This document shows positions 56,726 to 64,000 of a stretch of 64,000 nucleotides of DNA, in pieces (position 1 is the first letter of the stretch; every line of letters begins with the position of its first letter). This DNA comes from an uncultured Planctomycetaceae bacterium (GTDB lineage: Bacteria > Planctomycetota > Planctomycetia > Planctomycetales > Planctomycetaceae), in contig CAWFAK010000007.1 in the NCBI GenBank assembly GCA_963813715.1, forward strand, positions 480,001 to 544,000. Direction: 5' to 3'. A program made the position numbers and the translations under genes. The notes under the pieces are model-generated. The model ran no database searches. It was not told the origin of the DNA and saw only the letters and a list, made by a program, of their open reading frames with translations.

Positions 56726-57469
56726 TCAACCTTTGCCGCAGCACGGACCGTTGACTTTGGAACTGGATTTTGACATCGGCGGAGCGGCCGGATTGGGCAC
56801 CGGGCCGCGGACTTCTTCGGTACGGCGGAGGCTCTGCTCCGCCTGCCAGCGGGAGATCTCCTCGTGGTTGCCGCTCAGCAAGACCGGCGGCACTTCCATC
56901 CCCCGAAACTCGCGCGGCCGGGTGTACTGGGGATGCTCGAGCAGCCCGGCATCGACGAACGAATCGTATTTGCAGCTGGTTTCGTCCCCGAGGACGCCCG
57001 GCACGTGGCGGATGACCGTGTCGATCACCAGCATCGCCGGCACCTCGCCCCCGTTGGTGACGAAGTCGCCCACGGAGATTTCCAAGGGCGCCAGCCCAGT
57101 CCGGATCCGGTCGTCGAACCCCTCGTACCGCCCGCACAACAGGAGCAGCCGGTCGTGGGCCGCCAGCTCGGTGACCAATTCGTGGTCGAGGCGGCGGCCC
57201 TGCGGAGTCAGCATCACCAGCCGGCCCGGGCTCGGTCCTTCCGCCTGCACGGCACTCACACAGTCAAATACCGGCTGACAGCAGATCAGCATCCCCGGAC
57301 CGCCGCCGAACGGGCGGTCGTCAACTTTTTGATGCTTGTCCTCGGTGTAGTCCCGAATGTTCCACAGCCGCACGTCGACCAGTCCGCGCTCGATCGCCAG
57401 CTTCAGCAGGCTTTGCTGCAGGTAGCCGTCGAAGATGCCGGGAAAGAGCGTAAGGACGTCGAAACGCAT
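56726..57469 (-). CDS. trmD: tRNA (guanine37-N1)-methyltransferase
   Basis: MRFDVLTLFP, DDRPFGGGPGM, CGRYEG, PQYTRP. Confidence 0.97.
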   Translation of the reverse strand: MRFDVLTLFPGIFDGYLQQSLLKLAIERGLVDVRLWNIRDYTEDKHQKVDDRPFGGGPGMLICCQPVFDCVSAVQAEGPSPGRLVMLTPQGRRLDHELVTELAAHDRLLLLCGRYEGFDDRIRTGLAPLEISVGDFVTNGGEVPAMLVIDTVIRHVPGVLGDETSCKYDSFVDAGLLEHPQYTRPREFRGMEVPPVLLSGNHEEISRWQAEQSLRRTEEVRGPVPNPAAPPMSKSSSKVNGPCCGKG

Positions 57470-57479
57470 GGCTGGGGGA

Positions 57480-57600
57480 AATGACCTAATGACGAAGCAC
57501 GAATGACGAATGAGGACACTAAGCACGAAGTCCGAATCTGTCTTTCATTCGGGCTTAGATCATTCGGACATTCTTTCGTCATTCGGGCCTTCGTGCTTTT
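57480..57600. repeat. Heptamer-based (GAATGAC) imperfect palindromic repeat
   Basis: AATGAC/GAAGCAC units followed by complementary TCATTCG units. Confidence 0.7.
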
Positions 57601-57629
57601 AAGTTCTGTTTCTATTGATCCCTGACCGA

Positions 57630-57983
57630 CTATTCGGCAGCGGTCTCAGCCGGCGCCTCTGCGGCGGCCTCGGTCTGTTTCGGCGGTCGCGCCTTGGGAG
57701 CGGCCATCGGCGGCGGAGCGGCCGCTTCGCCGAATCGGTTCGTGCGGACCTTCTTGATCAGAGCGGCGACGTTGACGCTGGGCTGGGCGCCGACGCCGAG
57801 CCAGTAGTCGATCCGCTCCATGTCCATCTTCACGCGGTCCTTCTTGATCCGCACCATCGGGTCGTAGAAGCCGACCTCCTCGATCGCCTTGCCGTCGCGG
57901 GGCGAGCGCGAGTCCATGATGCAGATCCGATAGAACGGTCGATGCTTGCGGCCCATCCGCTTCATCCGAATTTTGACTGCCAC
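57630..57983 (-). CDS. rpsP: 30S ribosomal protein S16
   Basis: VKIRMKRMGRKHRPFYRI, DSRSPRDG, GAQPS. Confidence 0.97.
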   Translation of the reverse strand: MAVKIRMKRMGRKHRPFYRICIMDSRSPRDGKAIEEVGFYDPMVRIKKDRVKMDMERIDYWLGVGAQPSVNVAALIKKVRTNRFGEAAAPPPMAAPKARPPKQTEAAAEAPAETAAE

Positions 57984-58045
57984 GCAAAACTCCTGGGTTT
58001 GTTTGAGACTGTTTTTTGTTGTTGTCAGCTTATCCAGTTATTCGT

Positions 58046-58122
58046 GAAGCTCGAAGCTCGAATGACGAAAGAATGTCCCAATGACCCAAGCCTGAGGCAG
58101 AGATGACATCATTCGCGCTTCG
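58046..58122. repeat. Second copy of the heptamer repeat, inverted relative to 57551-57597
   Basis: 58059-58083 matches the reverse complement of 57561-57585 at 24 of 25 positions. Confidence 0.7.
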
Positions 58123-58123
58123 G

Positions 58124-59602
58124 CTATCGGTTTCTCTTCCGCGCTTTTCGCGAATCCTTGCGTTGTTTTTTCTTCTTCTCGCGGGCCTTGGCCGAATCGA
58201 GCGGGCCACGCTTGCTGCGTTGTTTATCTTTGGCGAACTGGGCATTCGGGTCCATCATGCCACCGTCGGCCAGTTCGCGAACCGCACGGAGACGGTCTTT
58301 TAACCCCATGCCGGCCATCTGCTGCATCATGCCCGCCATGCCTTGGAACTGCTTGATGAGCTGATGCACATCGGATGCCTCGGTCCCGCTGCCGGTGGCG
58401 ATGCGGTTGCGGCGGCTGCGGTCGATGCGATCGGGGTTGCGGCGTTCGTCGGGCGTCATCGAGTTGATCATCGCCTCGATGCGGTTGATTTCGGCCTCGG
58501 GGTCGACGTCGGGATTCGAGTCGAGCATGCCGCCCAAGCCCGGGATCATCCCGAGAATTTGCTTCATCGGGCCCATGCGCTTGATTTGCTTGAACTGATC
58601 GCGGAAGTCTTCCAGCGTGAATTTGCCCTTCCGCATCAGCTCTTGCTGACGGGCCATGTCGTCGGCGTCGAATTCGCGCTGGGCCTTTTCCAGCAGGGTC
58701 GCCAGATCGCCGCCGCCCAGGATGCGGCTGGCCATCCGCTCGGGATGGAATTCTTCGAGCCGATCGAGCTGCTCGCCGACGCCGATATATTTAATCGGGA
58801 CGCCGGTGACCGCCTTCACGCTGAGAGCCGCCCCGCCCCGCGTATCGCCGTCGAGCTTGGTGAGGATCACACCGTCGAGTTCGAGCGCGTCGTTGAAGGC
58901 TTTGGCACTGCGGACGGCGTCCTGACCGGTCATCGAGTCGCAGACCAGAAGCGCCTGGTCCGGACCGACCTTGCTGTCGATCAGCTCGAGCTCCCGCATC
59001 AGATCGTCGTCGACGTGCAACCGGCCGGCCGTGTCGAGGATGATCACCTTCACGTTGCCGCGTTTTTTTGCGTCGGCGACGGCGTTGCGGCAGACTTGCA
59101 GCGGGCTGCTCTTGGCCGGGTCTTCGCTGTAGACCGGCACACCAATCTGCTCGCCGATGATCTTGAGCTGCTCGATGGCCGCCGGACGTTGGAGGTCGGC
59201 GGCGACGAGCATGGGCTGCACGCCTTGCTCGCGGAGCATCTTGGCGAGCTTGCCGCACGTCGTGGTTTTGCCGCTTCCCTGCAAGCCGCACATCATCAGG
59301 ATCGAGATGCCGTCGCGCTTGATCTGCAGCGAGTGATCGACAGGCCCCATCAGATTGACGAGCTCGTTGTAGACGATGCCGACAATCTGCTCGCTCGGCC
59401 GCAGCGACTTGAGCACCTGCTCGCCGACGGCCTGGTCGGTCACGCGCTTGATGAAGTCCTGTGCGACCTCATAGTTGACGTCCGCTTCGAGCAGGGCCTG
59501 GCGGACTTGGCGCAGCCCCTCGCGGATGTTGGCGTCGGTCAGCCGACCGCGATCGATCAGCGAGAGCGCCCCGCGAATGCTGTCTGTAATGGCCTCAAAC
59601 AT
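58124..59602 (-). CDS. ffh: Signal recognition particle protein
   Basis: [27 protein letters not shown], Met-rich M domain. Confidence 0.97.
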   Translation of the reverse strand: MFEAITDSIRGALSLIDRGRLTDANIREGLRQVRQALLEADVNYEVAQDFIKRVTDQAVGEQVLKSLRPSEQIVGIVYNELVNLMGPVDHSLQIKRDGISILMMCGLQGSGKTTTCGKLAKMLREQGVQPMLVAADLQRPAAIEQLKIIGEQIGVPVYSEDPAKSSPLQVCRNAVADAKKRGNVKVIILDTAGRLHVDDDLMRELELIDSKVGPDQALLVCDSMTGQDAVRSAKAFNDALELDGVILTKLDGDTRGGAALSVKAVTGVPIKYIGVGEQLDRLEEFHPERMASRILGGGDLATLLEKAQREFDADDMARQQELMRKGKFTLEDFRDQFKQIKRMGPMKQILGMIPGLGGMLDSNPDVDPEAEINRIEAMINSMTPDERRNPDRIDRSRRNRIATGSGTEASDVHQLIKQFQGMAGMMQQMAGMGLKDRLRAVRELADGGMMDPNAQFAKDKQRSKRGPLDSAKAREKKKKQRKDSRKARKRNR

Positions 59603-59838
59603 CGCCCGTCACCGTCCCCGCTGACCGTTTCGCTGCGCGCACGTTCCCTCACTCGGCCTCGCGCGAACCAGACATTTTAGGAGCCGAGCGAGGGCTTTAC
59701 AACGTAATCGGGTCGCCCAATCCGCCCCGAAATCTCGCAATTCGCAGACGGTGCCGCGCTGGCCGGATCCAGCCGGATCGACGTGGCGGCACATGATTTG
59801 CGTCACGATAGGGATCCCGAACCACGCGGAGCCCGTCC

Positions 59839-60459
59839 TTGGTCCCCAATCGCCAGAAGCAGGGAATCTCGTTTGCGGAACGTAATGTCGAAGCGATTGC
59901 GCGGATGGAGCACGAGCTGGAGGTCCAACGGACATTCGGCGAGCGCGTGGCCGACGGGTTCGCCGCTGTGGTCGGCAGCTGGCCCTTCATTATTGTGCAA
60001 AGCCTGCTGCTGGGGGCGTGGGTGCTCCTGAATGTCTGCCTGGTCGTCTTTCGCTGGGATCCCTACCCGTTCATCCTGCTGAACTTGGTGTTGTCGTTTC
60101 AGGCGGCCTACGCCAGCCCCATCATCATGATGAGCCAAAACCGGCAGTCGAAGATCGCCGACCGCCGCAACCAGCTCGACCTGCAAATCAACCTCCTGGC
60201 GGAGCAAGAAAGCACGGAAACCTTGCGGCTGTTGCGGAAGCTCTGCGAGCACGCGGGCGTCGATATGACGGGCGAGCACCGAGAACGCGGGCTCGAGCGA
60301 CGCACACATCCGGAAGACGTGGTCAACCTGCTGGAAAAAGCAGTCAAGCACCCGCCCCGAGAACTAAGCGCGCTGCCGCCACGGTCCTCGGCGGCGTTCG
60401 ACTGCCCCCGCGAGCCGCCACTGCGAAGGGCTCGACATGAAGCATTTCAAAACCGGTAG
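59839..60459 (+). CDS. DUF1003 membrane protein
   Basis: GSWPFI, WDPYPFILLNLVLS..A..IMMSQNRQ. Confidence 0.9.
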   Translation: MVPNRQKQGISFAERNVEAIARMEHELEVQRTFGERVADGFAAVVGSWPFIIVQSLLLGAWVLLNVCLVVFRWDPYPFILLNLVLSFQAAYASPIIMMSQNRQSKIADRRNQLDLQINLLAEQESTETLRLLRKLCEHAGVDMTGEHRERGLERRTHPEDVVNLLEKAVKHPPRELSALPPRSSAAFDCPREPPLRRARHEAFQNR

Positions 60460-60793
60460 TCAGCGCGGCAGCTTCGACGTCGTGACCTCCACTCGCTTGG
60501 CCCAAGCCGCCAAAATGACGTTGCGGGCCGGAGCCGCCAGCGACTCGCACCCCAGCAACGAGCATCCCCACTCGGAGCAATGGCTCTTTGTGCTCTCCGG
60601 AACGGGGGAAGCGATCATCCATGACCGCTCGGGCAAGAGGCGGCGGACGAAGTTGCAGCCCAATTCGCTTCTGGTGATCGAGCGGGGCGAACGCCACCAG
60701 ATCAAGAACACGGGCCGCCGCCAGCTGGCGACTCTCAATATCTATCGCCCCCCCGGCCTACACCGCGGACGGGGAACTCGGGACGAGGCCTGA
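60437..60793 (+). CDS. Cupin domain protein
   Basis: NEHPHSEQWLFVLSG and GERHQI. Confidence 0.85.
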   Translation: MKHFKTGSQRGSFDVVTSTRLAQAAKMTLRAGAASDSHPSNEHPHSEQWLFVLSGTGEAIIHDRSGKRRRTKLQPNSLLVIERGERHQIKNTGRRQLATLNIYRPPGLHRGRGTRDEA

Positions 60794-60892
60794 AGGTCGC
60801 TCGCCGCGAGAGCGACGCGGCGGGCCGGCCGACTCTACCGGCAGAGATGCGGAGACCTCTGCGATTCGCCGTCTTCCGCGTGCCGGATCCGG

Positions 60893-60921
60893 TTGCAGCC
60901 CCCGGCGCCAGTCGCTATCCT
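60893..60921 (+). promoter_or_regulatory. Candidate sigma70 promoter for rplY
   Basis: TTGCAG-17 bp-TATCCT, about 40 bp upstream of the start codon. Confidence 0.5.
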
Positions 60922-60961
60922 TGTCCGTTTCTCCAAAACTCAGCAATTTGAGGCGGATCCG

Positions 60962-61639
60962 ATGGCGGTCGAAATGAAATTGGCGGTGGCCAAACGCTCG
61001 GTCAAGGGATCGACGGCTTGCCGGCGCCTGCGGCGAGCGGGACGCATTCCGGGAGTCGTTTACGGACACGCGATCGATCCGCAAGACATCGAAATCTCCT
61101 GGGAGACGCTCGCCCCTGTGCTCAAGGCGGGAACCCGCGTAGTCGATTTGGACGTCGAAGGTCACGTTGAAAAGGCCATGTTCCGCGACATCCAGTGGGA
61201 CACCTTCGGCTCCGAGGTCAACCACGTCGACTTCCTCCGTATCGACCCGAACGACCGCGTCGAAGTCGAAGTTCCCATCGTGCTCAAAGGAACGGCTCCC
61301 GGCACACTGGCCGGCGGCGTTCTGGACTTCCACTTGCACAGCGTGACGATCGAGTGCCTGGCGATCGCGATTCCCGACAATATTTCGGTCAAAATCGGCG
61401 ATCTGCAGATCGAGCAGGCGATCCACGTCCGCGAGCTCGAACTTCCCGCCAACAGCGTGGTGAAGAACGACCCGGAAACGGTCGTGGTCCAAGTCAAGCA
61501 CATCGTCGAGGTCGAGGCGACGGTGGGCGAAGCCGGGGCCGAACCGGGTCCAACCCAGCCGGAAATTGTCGGACGCAAGGTCAAGGAGACCGACGAGGAA
61601 GAAGCGGCCGAAGGGGACAAGGGGAAAGAGAAGAAGTAG
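60962..61639 (+). CDS. rplY: 50S ribosomal protein L25/Ctc
   Basis: RRLRRAGRIPGVVYG, HVDF, CTC C-terminal domain. Confidence 0.95.
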   Translation: MAVEMKLAVAKRSVKGSTACRRLRRAGRIPGVVYGHAIDPQDIEISWETLAPVLKAGTRVVDLDVEGHVEKAMFRDIQWDTFGSEVNHVDFLRIDPNDRVEVEVPIVLKGTAPGTLAGGVLDFHLHSVTIECLAIAIPDNISVKIGDLQIEQAIHVRELELPANSVVKNDPETVVVQVKHIVEVEATVGEAGAEPGPTQPEIVGRKVKETDEEEAAEGDKGKEKK

Positions 61640-61746
61640 TCTCTGGCTCCGGCGGTTTCCGTTGGACTTCGAGGCGCAGCTGGCGGTCGCCTTGGCTTCG
61701 TCGGGGCGACCCCGTCCGATTCGCCGCCTGATTCGTCGGTAAGTCG

Positions 61747-62329
61747 ATGAAAATCGTCGTTGGACTGGGAAACCCCGGCCCGAAGTACGAGCAGACGCGG
61801 CACAACGTGGGATATCTCGTCATCGACGAGTTGTCCCAGCGTCTGTCCGCTGGGAAGGCGCGGGCGCGGTTCGACGCGAGCGTGGCCGAGGGGAACCTGG
61901 GAGGCGAAAAAGTCCTCCTGGCGACTCCCCGGACCTATATGAATGAGAGCGGCCGGTCTGTCCGGCAACTGATCGATTTCTACGGAGTTGCAGCTCCCCG
62001 ATTTGCTGGTGGTGTGCGACGATTTCAATCTCGAACTGGCCCGGCTGCGAATGCGGACGGGGGGTTCGGCGGGGGGTCAAAAGGGGCTGGCTGACATTAT
62101 CCGCAAGCTGGCGACGGAGGAGTTTCCCCGGTTGCGGATCGGCATCGGGAAGCCTCCCGAACATTTCGACGCAGCCGACTTTGTCCTGAGCAAATTCAAA
62201 CGGAGCGAACAACCCACAATCGACGAGGCCGTCACCCGTGCCGCCGAAGGGGTCGAGCTGTGGATTCGTGCGGGCATCGGCCCGGCGATGAACCGAATTA
62301 ACGCGGCAACCTCCCAAGACGATGACTGA
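61747..62329 (+). CDS. pth: Peptidyl-tRNA hydrolase (frameshift near 61990)
   Basis: [36 protein letters not shown]. Confidence 0.93.
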
Positions 62330-62439
62330 CCCGCCCGCCCGCGAACGCGTCGGAGCGCCCTCGGCCCCCCGGCAACTGCGTTGAAAATGCGGGTGAATTG
62401 GATACAACGAAGAAAGCTAAAAACCGCAGGAGAATGACG

Positions 62440-62976
62440 TTGGCAGCACCATCAGCAACCGAACAACCGGCTCCGAAGACGGCCGCGCACAAGCTTTACG
62501 AGGGGATGTTCCTCCTCGATAGCAGCCGCTTCGCCACCGATTCCAAGGGCGCGACCGATCAAATCACCGGCATGATCGAAAAATGCGGCGGCACGCTCGT
62601 CGCCCACCGCCCGTGGCAGGACGGCCGGCTGGCTTATGCCGTTAAGGGGCATCGCAAGGGGCTCCACTACCTCACCTATTTTAAGATGCCGGGCGAGGGC
62701 ATCCGCGACTTGACTCGCGCGTGCAAACTGAGCGACCTGGTGCTGCGGCACGTGGTCATCGAGCATCCCCAGGCGATGTTCGACGCCATGGTCCAGGCGA
62801 TCTCGGGCGAATGGCATCCGCACGAAGCCGCCCAGGACGATTCGCCCGGCCGTGGCCGGGACCGCGGAGAACGGGGCGACCGTGATCGGGACCGGGGCGA
62901 CCGCGATCGGCCAGATCGGGACCGGGGCGAGCGTGACGATCGCGGGCCCGCCGAAGAGGGTGAATCCGAGGAATAA
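62440..62976 (+). CDS. rpsF: 30S ribosomal protein S6 with R/D-rich tail
   Basis: YEGMFLL, RLAYAV, VLRH; upstream of ssb; AGGAG RBS. Confidence 0.9.
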   Translation: MAAPSATEQPAPKTAAHKLYEGMFLLDSSRFATDSKGATDQITGMIEKCGGTLVAHRPWQDGRLAYAVKGHRKGLHYLTYFKMPGEGIRDLTRACKLSDLVLRHVVIEHPQAMFDAMVQAISGEWHPHEAAQDDSPGRGRDRGERGDRDRDRGDRDRPDRDRGERDDRGPAEEGESEE

Positions 62977-63048
62977 GAGCGGCCCGTTGGGCAGCCGGCG
63001 CGGGCCGGCCTGCCGGAGCACGGGAGTACGGGCCGGGGAGATCGGGGG

Positions 63049-63566
63049 ATGTCGAGCTTCAACAAAGTGATCCTGCTCGGTAACCTCACCCGCGATCCCC
63101 AGGTCCGCTACACGCCGGGCGGCACCGCGGTGGCGGAAATCGGCTTGGCGGTCAATCGCACCTGGTTCGACCAGAAGTCGAATTCTCGCCGCGACGAAAC
63201 GACCTTTGTCGACGTGACCCTCTGGGGACGGCAGGCCGAAGTAGCCGGCGAGTATCTGGCCAAGGGACGCCAGGTGCTGATCGAGGGACGCCTGCAATTG
63301 GATACGTGGGAGGACAAGGAGTCGGGCCAGAAACGGTCGAAGCTCCGCGTCGTCTCCGAAAACATGAAGATGGTGGGCGGCCGTGGCGAGGGCGGCGGCG
63401 GTAGTGGGGGCGCTGGTAGTGGTGGAGGCGGCGGTGGTGCCAGCCGCGGAGAGGGAGGACGCTCCGAGGGTCGCGGCGCTCGCGCGAGATGGAGAGTAGT
63501 GGCAGCGGCGGGGGCGGTGAAGACTTTCACGACGCGCCTCCGCCCGATGACGACGTGCCGTTCTAA
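63049..63566 (+). CDS. ssb: Single-stranded DNA-binding protein (frameshift in the Gly-rich linker)
   Basis: FNKVILLGNLTRDP; C-terminal DDDVPF-TAA in a shifted frame at 63566. Confidence 0.95.
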
Positions 63567-63581
63567 AACGGCCGAAACACC

Positions 63582-63705
63582 GCCGAGAAACCTCGGCAAG
63601 GAAACGCAGCCGAGCAGTCTCGGCAAGAGAACACAGCCGAGAGACCTCGGCAAGAAAATACCGCCGAGCTGCCTCGGCAAAGAAATACGGTCGAGCCAAC
63701 ACGGC
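63582..63705. repeat. 27-bp tandem array of GCCGAG-N4-CTCGGC hairpins
   Basis: Units start at 63582, 63609, 63636 and 63663, with a degenerate unit at 63690. Confidence 0.9.
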
Positions 63706-63740
63706 GAGGCCCTGGACAATTTCAGAGCAAGGTGAATCCG

Positions 63741-64000
63741 ATGGCGAAACGGGGAGCAACGGCGGTAAGGGGATCGGGCCGGTCGTCGATCGACGTCCTG
63801 TTGACCGAGGACGTCACGAGTCTCGGCACGCAGGGCGACATCGTCCGCGTAAAGCCCGGCTACGCGCGGAACTTCCTGTTGCCGCAGGGGCTGGCCACGG
63901 TCGCCACCGAGCACAACAAGAAGATGGTCGAGCGACACAAGCTTCGCGTGGCCGAGTTGCAGGTCCAACGCGTGAAGCAACTTCGCGGCCAGGCTGACGC
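63741..64000 (+). CDS. rplI: 50S ribosomal protein L9 (partial)
   Basis: Manual translation: LGTQGDIVRVKPGYARNFLLPQGLA. Confidence 0.95.
   Translation, partial: MAKRGATAVRGSGRSSIDVLLTEDVTSLGTQGDIVRVKPGYARNFLLPQGLATVATEHNKKMVERHKLRVAELQVQRVKQLRGQAD

Noticed and set aside
63582..63705. CRISPR array
   Set aside because: The 27-bp period leaves only 11-nt, mutually similar linkers, and there are no cas genes in the window.
63049..63735. SSB with a repetitive C-terminal extension
   Set aside because: The canonical DDDVPF-stop is present in another frame at 63566.

Overview
This 64-kb window is GC-rich bacterial chromosome and most likely comes from a planctomycete. The evidence is two DUF1501 genes, Tat-signal oxidoreductases, an ffh-rpsP-trmD-rplS run without rimM, and an rpsF-ssb-rplI run without rpsR. 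About 20 genes, including housekeeping ones (ssb, pth, ruvC, psd), carry apparent small indels, so the frameshifts are probably assembly errors. Housekeeping genes include ispF-cysS-ruvCA, gltA, psd-pssA and two ribosomal/translation clusters. Accessory loci are: (i) an MNIO (DUF692)/DUF2063 RiPP cluster whose Cys-rich, bufferin-like precursor carries a twin-arginine signal plus lipobox, preceded by a repeat-rich ~1.1-kb intergenic region; (ii) a pyruvoyl decarboxylase + deoxyhypusine-synthase-like + aguB + aguA polyamine operon; (iii) a cfa-like methyltransferase + geranylgeranyl-reductase-like pair; (iv) a methyltransferase / class III aminotransferase / FMO / GNAT mini-cluster; (v) a 27-bp-period hairpin array between ssb and rplI, and inverted repeats flanking rpsP. 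I found no rRNA, tRNA, CRISPR-Cas or transposase. All calls come from reading motifs by eye; no database searches were run.
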